Origin: Rhizaria sp. SCN 62-66 | Taxonomy: Eukaryota | Direction: 5' to 3' | Length of the DNA: 64,000 bases | NCBI GenBank assembly: GCA_001724265.1 | Contig: MEDY01000297.1 | Location: forward strand, 1 to 64,000 | Shown here: piece by piece, positions 14,001-26,700 of the stretch | Layout: every line of letters starts with the position of its first letter | Numbering within the stretch: position 1 is the first letter of the stretch | Position numbers and translations under genes: made by a program | The notes under the pieces: model-generated | Told to the model about the DNA's origin: nothing | Seen by the model: only the letters and a program-made list of their open reading frames with translations | The model's database searches: none

Positions 14001-17000
14001 TCATCGCCGCCTCGTCCAAGCCCCACTCCGGCGACGACGACGACGACGACGAGACCACGGCGCCCATCCAGCTCCTCGACGGCGAGCCCCAGGGCTTTTT
14101 CCTCGCCGCTAACGCATCGCGCAACTTCTTGCTCCACGCACCCGCGTTCGCGACGGCGTATACTGATCTGATGGTGACGTTCTCGCTGTTCCACGGTGAC
14201 GTCGAGTTCATGGCGCGCCACGGCGCCGACGCCCCGCCCACGTCGGTCAACGCGACGACGGCGCAGTGGAGCTCGGCCGCGAGCGAGATGAGCTTCCTGT
14301 GGGTTGCCGCGCCGCAGCCCGGGTACTACCTCATCCGCGTCACCGCACGCGGCGCCTCGAGTGTGCTGTTTAGCATCACGGCCGCGCTAGATAACACCCA
14401 CGTGGTGCTGCAGAACGGCGTCGGCGTGCCCGGCTACCTGGGCACCGACGAGGCGACCTACTACAAGCTCACCATCCCGGCCGACACGGCCGTGGCGGTT
14501 TCGCTTGTGTCGCTGTACGGCGACCCCAACCTCTACGTCAACGACAACGTCACCAAGCCCTACCCCGGACCCACCACCGAGGGCGACACTGAGGTACGTT
14601 CATTTTTACCAAGAGTAAATGTTTTCGAGATGTATTTTTCTGTTTTAATTTATTTTTTTAAATTGTATTGCTGTATGTTTTTTGATCATATCTTGTGTTC
14701 TTTTAACGACGTCGTTTTATATAAGTGCTAATTCCCTCTTTGTTATTTGTCCCCTGCTGACTGACCGCTCACAGGTGTCTGCGCAGTGGAAGAGCGAGAA
14801 CCAGGGCGACGACACGATCATCATCCCCGTCAATGACGCCAAGCGCACCTGCACCGGCGCCGCGGGCTCCGTCACGTGCACCTACTTCATTGCAGTCTAC
14901 TCTCCGCTGGGCGACACCGAGTACTACGTCAGCGCCGTCGCCGCGCGCCCCGCCACCCTCACGGCTGGCGTCGCTGCCTCGGGCGCCGCGGCCGCGAACC
15001 AGATGACGTACTACGCGCTGCCGGTGCAGACCAAGGACCTGCCCTCGCTGTCGATCTCGATCCTGCCGACCGCAGGCAGCCCTTGGTTGTACGTGCGCAC
15101 CGGTGAAGTGCCCACTGAGACGCAGCAGGGCTTTACGTGGGCGCTCGAGGGCGCCGCGGCCACGGGCGGCCGGCTGGAGCTCACCGCGGCGGTGGGACCC
15201 GCAGGCACGCATGGGTGGTGCGACGGCTACAACAAGACCACGGGCGCGGCCGAGGAGTGCGTGTACTACATTGGCGTTGTCTCCAGCACCGAGACCGCGT
15301 TCACGATCACGGCCTCGCTGTCGAGCACCATGACGCAGCTTCGCGAGGGCGCGCCAGTAACGTTGTCGGCGCCCGCCAATGAGTACAAGGACTTCTACCT
15401 GTACGTGCAGCCCGCCGACGGCGCGCCCGCCGGACAGACCTTCTCCAACTCGGATGTCATGATCATCGTGACCCCGTTGTCCGGCTTCCCCGAGACGTAC
15501 GCCGCGTACGGCTACGAGCAGCCGCGCCGCGAGAAGCACGAGTACGAGGCCGCCTCCTGGGGCGTCGACGTGCTCACCATCCGCAACGCCACAGTGGGGC
15601 AGCTCTACATCGCCGTCGGCGGTGGGCTCAGCGAGGCCACGCTCTTCACCATCACGGCGCACGTGCTGCGTGCCGGCGATTCGCAGCGCACCACCACGCT
15701 CGTCGACGGCGTGCCGCAGGTATGTCTCTCTATCTTAACAATTTTAAGTGATATATCACACGGTTAGCGAACCTTTTTTGCAAACATAATTATATATCTA
15801 CCTGTACTACAATGATATTTATCCATATTCATAACTTTTGTTTTTATTGAGTTCTATCTTACTCAATTTTCATTCGCGATGTTTGTTTCTTACTTCTGCT
15901 CACAGGGCGGCGCCGTGCTCGACGGTGGCATGATGTACTTCACCATCAACCCCGCCGCTGCGGCCAAGACGTTCGAGTTTGTGCTCCAGTCCACGGCGGG
16001 CGACGCTGACCTGTACATCAACGCCAACGCGACGCGCCCAACGCTGAACGCCTCCGACTACAGCTCGGCCCACGCGCTGGCCACAGACTCGGTCAAGATC
16101 ACCGATCTCGACGTCGTGTTCAAAGACAAGCCGCGCGTGTTCACGGTCGGCGTCTACGGCTACTACGCGTCCGCGTTCTCGCTCACCGCGGCGTCCGACC
16201 TGGTCATCCAGCGGCTGCAGGCCGGCGCCGCCGTGTACGAGACGGCCGTGGCCGGGGAGAAGAACCACTACCTGATCGAGGTTGACGGCGAGTCCACCGC
16301 CGCCGAGCCCCGCGACCTGGAGTTCTCTATCACCGCTTTCTCGGGCACCGTCGTTATGTACGGCTCGGCCAACAGCAGCAACACGCGTCCTAACGAGGCT
16401 GCGCACGACAAGAAGGCCGTAGGGTACAATTCCAACTCGTTCACCTTCTCTAACGCTTCCAACCAGGTATGTCGCAGAACAAACAAAGCTGTTCTTTCAA
16501 GACCAAGATATCATATTATTTTTATTTCAGAGTCATTTGTATATCATTTTCACTCACAATATTATTTCCTTTGCTATTTTGTTGCATTTGCGTGGTATAT
16601 ACGACCATCTCAGGCGTACTACGTGTCTGTGGAGTGCTCGACCCCGTGCTACTACTCGCTCCTGGCGGGCTTCTCCGGCCGCATCGCACTCACTGACGGT
16701 GTGGCGCAGTCCTCCACGCTGCGCCCCGGCGCGCGCCGCACGTTCCTCCTCACGACGCCCCACCACGGGGACGCCGCCAAGGACGTCACGTTCTCACTGC
16801 TGCCGCTCTCAAGCGCGCCGCTGACGGCCTACATCAAGGTCGGCTCCGCGCCCAGCACAACTGCGCCCGATGCGGACACGCTGGTGATCGCCGAGACGTC
16901 CAGCCAGGCCGCCGCGGTGGTGGACAAAGCGATGCTGTCGCAGACGCGCTGCGGCACGGCCCCCGACTGCCGCGTCTTCATGGTCGTCGTGGCCAGCCCG

Positions 17001-20000
17001 GCCGCGGCGCAGGAGGCCGTCGACGTGACCTTCACGGTGACTGCAGCGACGCAGAGCGCCACGGTCACGCTGCAGGACGGCGTGCCCGTGCGCAGCGCGG
17101 TCACGGCCGCGGCCAACACGGCGTACTTCTCCTTCTACGCCAACCTGCCCAAGGGCGACATCGGCGTCACCGTCACGCCCGTCTCGGCGGGCTCCACCAG
17201 TTTCATGATGGTGTACCTGTCAGCCACGCAGCGCTACCCCAACGCCACCGCCGAGTGGCGCTCGGACTTCTACCAGACGGCGCCGTATGTGCACATCGAT
17301 GACTCGACACCCGGGTACGTGACCGAGGGGCACAACTACTACCTGGCCGTGACGGCGACGAGCGAGGTCGTCTTCACCGTCACGCTGACACTGACGCCAC
17401 TGGACTCGGCCGAGGCACAGTCGGTGCTGCTGTTGCCCGGCCGGCCGCAGTCGAGCCTCGTGCAGGCCGGCGGCTGGCGCTACTACCGCTTCCGCTCCGG
17501 CGCCGACGCCGCCGTGACGTTCACCATCATCCCGTCTTACGGCGACCCCGACCTTTACGCCAACAAGAACGGCACGCGCCCGACTGAGGAGGCCGCGGAC
17601 AAGAAGTCGACGCAGCTGGGCGGCGACCAGATCATCTACACGGCCGCCGACGGGTGCGCCAACTGCTGGTACGACGTCGCCGTCAAGGGCTGGGGCAAGT
17701 CGCTCTTTACGATCGTGGCGCAGACGGCGTCGCAGGTGCTTGAGCTCCAGTCGGGGCTGCCCATCACCAACACGCTCGAGGCCGGCGACAACAAGTACTA
17801 CTACCAGGTTCGCTTAAAACGAGACACTTATCATTTTTTCCAGAATTAGTTTTTATTTCACGATGTTTAGATGCCTATTTTAAATATTCCTTCTTAATTT
17901 TGTCTTGTTTGTGATTTACCTTTGTACTCATTCAATTCATTTCCTTTTCCCCCCCATTGTTTATCGCTCCGCATTTTCAGGTCTACGTGCCCCGCAGCGA
18001 CCATCCGCTGTCGGTCTCGGTGACCCCGGCCTCGGGCAACCCCGACCTGTACGTGTCGCGCACCGTGCAGTCGCCCAACGCGGCGACCTGCGCCAACTGC
18101 GTCGACCCGGTCACCAAGGGCCCCTGCTGCTCGGTCGGCTCCGCCTACGGGGCCGACACCGTCACCGTCGCCAAGCCCGTCGAGAAGTCGACCTACTACA
18201 TCGGCGTCGTCAACGGCGCCGCGGCCACGGCCACCACGTACACGCTTGTGGCTCACACCGGCGCCATCCAGTTGCTGCCCGGCGCGCCCCAGGCCAGCGA
18301 GGTGCTGGCGCGCCAGTCCGTGCTCTACCAGTTCTCCGCTTCGGACCCCGACAAGGCGGACCTGGTCTTCGCGCTGAGCCAAAACAGCAACGAGTACCCC
18401 GCCGTCATGTACATCACGCCGGTCAACTCCTCCGAAATCACCGAGGTCGTCATCCCGTCCGCACAGTCCAACGTCTGGAGCTCCACCAAGTACGTTCACT
18501 CAACCATCTTTTGGGAGTATATGTTCACATTTCGATGCAATTTTGTTTCATCGACATTCCACATCTTTTTATCACACACGTCAATCTTGATTCTCATATC
18601 AACCTTTTTGTTTGTTTTTTCGTTCCTCTTACCTTACAGGCCTGACCAAACTGCGGGCGGCTTCCGCGGCGAGATCAAGATCGACAAGTCCCACCCCAAG
18701 GCGTGCTTCGAGGACTGCACCTACCTGGTCGCCGTCTACGGCTCCTCCCAGGTCGCCTCCACCTCATACACGCTCTCTGTTTCTTCCGCGTCTTCCGTCG
18801 TTACGCTGCTGTCGGGCGTGCCCGTCAACGGCGCCGTGGACAACGCCGCGACGGCGACCGAGACGGCGCGCACGCGGCGCTACCGCGCGTACGTGGACTC
18901 GACGGCCGTGGACGTGTCGATCGACGTCACGGTGCGCTTCGGCAAGGCCGACGTGCTGGTGGCGCGCATCATCGAGGACTTGACCGATGAGAAGGCCGTC
19001 TGGAAGGGTAACCACATCACGATCTCACACACGGACCCTAAGTTCACCACGGGGCTCTTCTTTATCCTCGTGCGCGGCGACGCCTCGGTGGTGGAGTCGA
19101 CCCCGATGACGTCATACTCGATCACGCTGTCGACCGACAACACCCTGCTGCGACTGGGCGAGCCCGCGCGGACCGTGCTGCGCGCCGACGGGACCTACTT
19201 CTTCTTTAACCTTGAGGACGAGAAGGCCGACATCTACCTCGAGGTCACCCCCGACCTCTCTTCTCTGTCCGCAAGTGGTACCACAGTGGGCGAGCTCGTC
19301 CACGCCTCGAGCGCCGCGAGTGTGGGCGTCAGCACGAGCGAGAGCGTGAGCTCTAAGCTCACCTCGCTCGCGCAGACCATCTCAACTGTGACCGCGAGCT
19401 CCGCACTCTCAGCGACCGCTGCAGGCGAGTACACGGTATACGTGTCGACGGACTCGACGTACCGCCACCCGGGGCCGGACACGCCCGCCGATAAGGTGAG
19501 CAAGTTCGCCCTCAAAGATGGCTCTTACACGGCCATCCTGCTCAAGTCGGACCCCAAGTTCTGCGCGCACTGCATGTACTTTGTCTCGGTGGTCGGCACC
19601 GCGGGCGAGGGCGTGCGCGTGACGGCGACCACTCCCACCTCGGTTGACGCGCTCATCGACGGCGTCACTGTGGACGACTCAGTGGCGCTTTACAGCTCGC
19701 TCTACTACTCCATCTCGCTCGCGCAGGCTGAGAGCAAGAATATGACCATCCTCGTCGAGCCCTGCCTGGGCCGCGCCGACCTCTTCGTGTCCTACACCAC
19801 CTACAAGCCCTCCAAGAGCGACGCCAACTACCGCGCCGAGGGCCAGCGCGGGCTTCTCACGCTGCCTATCCCGTCCCGCTCCACCACCGCGGGCGCGCTC
19901 TTCAACGCCTACACGCTCGCCGTCACCGGCGCCGAGCTGCCCAAGGGCGCGCTTAAGCAGCAGGAGATCGTATACCGCGTCACCGCGCTATCTAGCTACA

Positions 20001-21101
20001 AGGGTACGTTTATTATCAAAACTATTTAAAATCAGGGAAATGAATTTTCCCCCACGATTTTTGGGATCTTGGCGTTGTTTTAATGCACTTCCACGAGGAT
20101 AATAATCTATTTATGTCACTGTAATGCTCACACCTCTCTCTATCTTATCTTTGATTCTTTACTGCATATCCGCAGAGCCGCTACCGCACGCGCTGGGCGC
20201 GCTTACTGTTGCGACCCCAGACATGGGCCAGATCACTGTCAGCGTCCCGCTGGCCGAGATCTACGACGCCAAGGACGCCACGGGCACCGGACTGGTCCCC
20301 GCCGCTGGCGTTGAGTACTTCGTCTTCTACAGCGAGCTTGGCAACGGCGTCAACGTCGACGCGCCCTGCGGCATGCTCTACCAGGTACGGCTCATAACAC
20401 AAAACCTTGAAACAAATTAACATGCCTTGAGTATCTTGCATTCATCTCATTTGGATCTCACGAGCTAATCGTTTCCCTTTCGAATCACTCACGTCTTTAT
20501 GTTTGTTTCCCGCTCCCTATTTCAGGAGCGCGCGTCGAGCATCGGCCCCTTCACTACGGCGACGCATCCCAAGATGTTTGACCTCAAAACCAACGCCTTC
20601 ACGGCGACGCTGTCCGCGCTCAAGGATGGACAGGGCTACACGGTCAACGTGATGGCCGTGGTGGCCGACACGGGCGCCATGCACGCGTACACGGCAACCC
20701 CGGGCGTCACGACGCTGGGCTCCGCGCCGGACTCGTACGTCGCGCTCGTGCTCAGCATCACCATCCCCATCGCGATGATCGCGATCATTGTGATCCTCTA
20801 CCTCGTGTACAAGAACCGCAAGATGAGCAAGGAGCTCAATAGCGTCGAGATGCAGGACGTGCCCAAGTCCGCCGTGCTCAAGGCCGTCCGCGGCGTCGGG
20901 AGTAATCCTTCTGGCGCTGCCGCCGGTGCCAGTGCCGCCGGCGCGGCGGGCGTTGGGGTTGACAACGGGCTGCCGGGGCCGAACACCAAGGCCAGCAACA
21001 AGTACAGCAAGCTGCTCACGGAGGACGGCATCGACGACGACATGGGCGACTATGCGCCGCCGATCCAGGTCAAGGGCGGCAAGTTTGACGCTGAGCTTTA
21101 A
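11085..21101 (+). CDS. Giant type I membrane protein with tandem PPC-like beta-sandwich repeats (~2830 aa)
   Basis: Ten exons join in frame: 11085-12072, 12251-13488, 13688-14593, 14775-15719, 15906-16466, 16614-17807, 17981-18489, 18640-20003, 20176-20384, 20526-21101. Signal peptide LLFALLVSFLLALA, recurring GDPDLYV / YYIGV / L.DG.P units, many N-glycosylation sequons, one C-terminal TM helix (VALVLSITIPIAMIAIIVILYLVY) and a short tail. Stop TAA. Confidence 0.85.
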
Positions 21102-21740
21102 GCTACCATCCCATGCTAAGCTACTCTAAGCTCAGCTAAGCTATAGCGAGCCAAGCTCATCGAAGGCTATGTGCCGTCGGTCATACGAGCAAGGTCCATC
21201 GAGGTCTTTCTTCGTGACTCGTCCGACTCTAGATATTTTGTTTTAGGAAAAAGTATGTTTTTTGTTGGTGTATATTGATAAGTGTATAAGATAAAATGTA
21301 ATAGGATGTAGAATACAATATATGTGTACCTGAGCGTTTTACAATTCAGTTCTTTTGTAAGCCTTCTAGGCTTGTTTGCTTTGACATATTTTTTTGACAT
21401 TTTTTTCAAGTTGCGTTGCAGCGAGCACAGCTCGTGTTGGCGAGGAAAAGCGAGAAAGTTACTGACTATCCATCCTCAAATCTCAGACGTGTTGTGAATA
21501 TATAATATTACCCATTTTATTGTATCTGATCCTTTTATGATGTTGCTCGAAACAGCCGTGCTGTTGACATCAACGTGTTATAAAACCGTTTCGTTGTTCA
21601 AGTGAAAACCTCCATGCACTCAGCGCTCTTGGCAAGAATTAGCAACATAAAACATTCGATTACAAGGGTATTACTCGTTTTAAGCCAAAATAACATTGTT
21701 CTCTCACATGATGCTGTGGTTTTGTTTCGAGAACGTCTCC

Positions 21741-22376
21741 ATGAGGCCCTCAACGACCGGCGGCGGGAGCCGCCGCCGCTCCCGCTCCCGCTGCCGCATC
21801 CCCTGCTCTCTCTCGCCGCCGCCGCCCGGCTCAACGCACAACGGCTACCGGCGCACCGACAGCGGCATGCTCTTTGGCGCCCAGTCCTCCACTGTGACCA
21901 ACTCGCATCGCGCGACCGCCCGCCATGCCATCATCATTGACGACCACAAGAACGACACTACCAGCTTAAGTAGTTCAACCAGTAGTAGCTCAAACACTGC
22001 TCGCTCCTCGCGCGCCGCCCCCAGACTTGGCTTCTCTTCCCACCACCACGGCCACCTCGGCGCTGACTCCGGCTCTGGCGGCCGCGGCAGCGGGCTCATC
22101 GGCCGCCTGGACGGCCACGACTGGCCAGCCTCAGCTTCCACTGGCAGTGGCGCTGCCACTGGCGCGAACGCTGGCGCTGGCGCTGGCTCAACGGCTGATT
22201 CCTCTGCGTCCGCCGCCGCCCCCCTGCTCTTCGGCTCAGCCAATGACAACAACAACAATAGCTACACTGGCGACCCTGTTTCTGCTGGCCCCCGGACTGG
22301 GGCGCGGCCGCACGTGCCGCGGCCGGGCTCGGCGGAGCTGCGGAGCCCGAGCCCCAGCCCGCCGAAATACCGCTAA
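21741..22376 (+). CDS. Hypothetical Ser/Gly/Ala-rich protein (orphan ORF or isolated terminal exon)
   Basis: GC-rich coding-like island between AT-rich flanks, open for 211 aa and ending TAAG like other genes here. No recognisable domain. Confidence 0.4.
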   Translation: MRPSTTGGGSRRRSRSRCRIPCSLSPPPPGSTHNGYRRTDSGMLFGAQSSTVTNSHRATARHAIIIDDHKNDTTSLSSSTSSSSNTARSSRAAPRLGFSSHHHGHLGADSGSGGRGSGLIGRLDGHDWPASASTGSGAATGANAGAGAGSTADSSASAAAPLLFGSANDNNNNSYTGDPVSAGPRTGARPHVPRPGSAELRSPSPSPPKYR

Positions 22377-22775
22377 GGATGCATGTACAAGCGTTAAAAA
22401 GAACAGAGTGCAGATGTGAACTTGTCGTGTTAGGAGCGAGTAAACGTAGCGATATATGAAAACTAAATGATCATTGAATACACACAACATTGTTACAAAC
22501 TGATAAGCACAAGATGTCAGTGACATTGAAAGGTAGTTGTTATTCTTTGTATTTCTTTAAAAGCTATTGTGATTCTATTTAATGGACCCATATATCAAAA
22601 CATACACACAAAAACGAACATAAAAATAAATCACACAACGAAGTGCTTAATTACTTGTACACGTCAAAATACCACTATCGACAGATCTGTCACATGCCAC
22701 GTAATACTTGGGACCGAGACTGCGACTACACCCGGGCTTTGCCCCTTGTCTTTGCTCACCACACACCGCACCACA

Positions 22776-25700
22776 TCACTGCGCCGGTCCCTGACTCTGG
22801 CTCTGCGCCTGAGCCGGTACGCGCGGGCGGCCCGACACCACGCCGACGCTGGCGCCACTGCCGCCGCTGCTGCTTGGGTTGTTGTTGTTGTTGTTGCCGC
22901 TGTTGAAGGCAGAGAGTGGGACGGTGGAGACAAGCGAGCCAACGGACGCGAGCGAGGCCGACGACTGCATGCTAGTGCCGCTCGTCTCGGAGTCGTCGTC
23001 GCTGTCGCCCTCGCCGTCGTCGTCCTCGCCGTTATCGCGCGCCCGGCGGCCGCGGTTCGAAGGCGTGGCGGCACCGTCGCCGGCGGTGCTGGTGCCGACG
23101 ACCTGGTCCTGGCTGTGGCGCATCATGGCCGCGAACGCCGCCGGGTGCTCGCGGTCCCACTCTTGCAGCCGCTCACGCACCTCTGCGATCGGCATCGTCG
23201 CCGCAGAGTGCTTGAACTCGTCGCGCAGCTTCTTGTACAGCTCGTGGTGCGCGAGGATGGAGCCGTGTACGCGCTTGCACTGGATCATGTGCAGCTCGGG
23301 CGTCAGGTGGTAGACCTCGATGTGCGCGCCCACCTTGTGGTTCTTGTTCGAGGTCCAGATCAGCGTCACCTGGCACTTACGGTAGCACACGCGGTACCGC
23401 AGCCGCGGCGTGTCCAGCAGCAAATAGTCAAGCCGCATCATCAGGTCGCCCGTCTTCTCGCGGGACGTGAACTGGGTGAACGACGGGGGCGCCTGGAAAA
23501 GAATTACCGAAAGAAGCGCAAATAAGGTTGTAAAAAGAAAAAGTAAAAAGAAAAAGAATGTTGTAGTTGTGAGGAGAGCAATAGTTGTGTTTTAAGACAA
23601 AACAAAAATACAATTTTGTTGTGAAATATATGTAATTTCAGAGATAACTCGTTTGCTGCGTACCTGGCCGCCGCCCTTGTTGTAGAGCAGCATGTTGTTC
23701 ATGCTCTGGCCCGACACCATGTTGATCAGGTCAAACGCGTTCAGCGATCGCGGGCCCGTGCGGTCCGCGTCGGGGTCGGCGTCGCCGCCACTGACCGCAG
23801 CGGCAGCGGCGGCCGCGTTCGGGGACGGCGCGGGGGCGTTGCTATTGCTGTTGTTGGCCGTGTTGCTGGGGGTGACCGCGAGCGGGGCGGGGCTGATGCT
23901 GGCGCTGTGGACGTTGCCGGGGATGGTGGAGCCCGTGGAGAGGAGCTGGGGCAGCTCGGTGACCCCGGAGCCGGGGCCCGTGGGCGTCAGCATGTCCTGC
24001 ATGGGAGGAAACAATAAGACACAGGAAAGAGAGTTTATACCGAGATTATGAGAAGAGGTTACTATAAAACATGCACATCAGCACAACCAAGTCAAAATTA
24101 CAAAGCGAGTTGAGTAAATAGTCCATCATCACTGTTAAAATGCATTTGATTCATTGAAGTTTTGTTTTGGTGATTCTACTTACCTGAAGCGCTGCCATGG
24201 TAGCCACGTCGGGCGTCCTATCGCCGTGCACAGACCCCTTGGACGCCGACACAGAGGCCGCGGTGATGCCCGAGCTGCCCTCGTCGCCCTCAGGCACCAC
24301 CAGCAGCGGCACGATGCCCTTGACCCCGCTGCCGCTGCCGCTGGAGGCGGTACTCGCGGTACTCGCGGCGCCCGCGGTGCCCGTGCTGGCGCTGCTGCCG
24401 GAGCCTGCGCTCACGCTGCCGCCGCTGCTGCCGGAGCCGCTCGCGCCGGACTTAGAGGCTGCGTCTGCGGCGTCGGAGTTTCTGACGGCGTAGAAGGGCC
24501 CTGAGTGCGACGACACGGAGCGCTGGCCTTTCCACTTGCTCGCGCCGGCGCCGCTGCCGCCGCTCTTGCTCTTGGCCTCGGAGTCGGCCTTGGCCTGCGC
24601 CAGAGCCGCCGCCGCCGCAATGTCCTGGTCCGCGATGTAGCTGGGGCGCCGGCGCACGACGTTAGTGCTGCCGGCCACAGCCGCACCGCCTGCACCGGCC
24701 GCAGAGCCGGCGTGGGGGGTGTGCGAGACGGTGATGGTGGGGGCTGGCAGCGGGGAGCCGCCCACCGCCGTGGCAGCCGCGTCGCCGCCTGCGCCCGTGC
24801 CCGCGCCTGCGCCGGCGCTGCTGCTGGCGCTGGTGTGGGCAAAAAGCTCGTCCTCGAGCTGCATGGCGAGTGCGGAGCCGTCGTCGAGCAGTGTGCCCTT
24901 GTAGAACGGGCTCTCCTTGATGTCGGCGATCTTGGCGCGGCGGTCCGGGTCCGGGTCCAGCATGCGGTTGATGAGCGACTGCGCCTCGGGTGACATCCAC
25001 GACGGGTACTGGAAGTCGGCCGAGATGATTTTGCGGAACAGGTCGACCATGACGGCCTCGTCGAAGGGCAGGAAGCCGGCGAGCATGACATACAGGATGA
25101 CGCCCGCGGACCACACGTCAGCGCTCTGGAGACAAACACAAAGGATACAAACAAACAAGTTACATGAGATAAGAAACTCAGCAAGATATATTTGAAGCAG
25201 CATGAATGTGTCAATTGATTTGTTTGATTTTAGCGAAGAAATGAGCGTACCTGTCCCTCGTAGCCCTTCTCCATGAGGACCTCGGGGGCGACGTAGTTAG
25301 GCGTGCCACAAGCCGTGTGGAGCAGCTCCTCGTCGTCGGGGTTCTCGCGCAGCGCGGCAAGGCCGAAGTCGGTGATCTTGAGGTTGCCGCGCGCGTCGAG
25401 CAGCAGGTTCTCGGGCTTGAGGTCGCGGTGGTACACGCCGTGGCTGTGGCAGTGCTCAAGCCCCTCGATCAGCTGGCGGAAGTACGTGCGCGCGGAGTCC
25501 TGGTCAAAGCGGCCGTCGGTGACAATGCGGTCAAAGAGCTCGCCGCCGGTGACGAGGTCGAGAACGAGGAAGATGGTGGTCTTAGAAGATAGGACTTCTA
25601 TGAGGCGGATGCAGGTGGGGTGGTCCAGTAGCTTCATCACACGGATCTGCACAGTGTGGCACAAACACAACATAACGAGGAAAATATTAAGCATGAAAAT

Positions 25701-25954
25701 ACATACGCATGTTCTCTAAAACCTGACTCGATTTTAAAAGTACAAGACTTTGTTTGGGCGAGATATATGTTGCGTACCTCCTTCTTGATCTGGGCGCCCA
25801 TGCGGGCTTGGCGGATGCGTTCTTTGTCCATCATTTTGATCGCGTAGGTATTGTTGTTGGTGATATCACGGCAAAGCTTCACACGTCCATGGCTGCCAAC
25901 GCCGAGAGTGGCGCCGAGCTCGTATTTGCCAACCCGTTTGATTTTGGGAGGCAT
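22776..25954 (-). CDS. SNF1-related Ser/Thr kinase with NAF motif (CIPK/SnRK3-like, ~854 aa)
   Basis: Exons 25954-25778, 25646-25251, 25125-24184, 23996-23664 and 23492-22776. Motifs RVGKYELG, YHRDLKPENLL, DFG, LHTACGTPNYVAPE and regulatory SLNAFDLI. Stop TGA. Confidence 0.9.
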
Positions 25955-26700
25955 CGGGGCGAGGCAGGAGCAAGTCAGCAAGCAGGGGCAGGGGGAATAG
26001 GAGCGGGCTGCGTGGCTTGTTCTGAAGCGGACGCGGGCTGCAATAAGCACGAAAAGATCAACACAAAGAAGAGAGTCGCGTGTGAGGGACCAGTTTTCAC
26101 AGAGATAGTAAGGGGGCGTCATGGGAGACGTCGTTAATGAGGCGAACGAAGACTTCTGTCGGGGCCCATGGTAAGAGAGTGTACAAGAAAATACGGGATG
26201 AATATATCGACAGGCTAAGAAAAGATGACATCAAAGAATAAAACATCGCACTTTCTTTACTTTCTTAAATTGGCCGAAGCTTTGTGCGCGGTATAGGGCG
26301 AGTTATGCGATTTTTTCGCCGCCACCTCAGTCGAAAGTCCTTGGAGTCGGGAGTAATCCTTTTACTCGGGATTATTGGGCTAGAAGAAGAAAATAGTGTA
26401 TTGGTAACTCCAATCAACCAAACTCGAGGGAAACGGATTCCTGTGACGAATCAAATGTCCGTCGTTGACTGTATAGACACAACGTTTTTGAAGATTTAAC
26501 GCATTTGAATGCAGTTTTTTTTACAGCAACCGTAGACTCATAGTTGCATCTTCCGTCGCCTCTTTTCCTACAGCCCTCCTCACTCGCTCAGCAGAGCGAC
26601 CAACGCTTCCCTACAACTCCTCGATTCTGCATCCTCTATCCCATTCGCGGCCCCTTTAACCTCCACATTACGGGAGTGCCCGCAGCCTACACAGCGAGCG

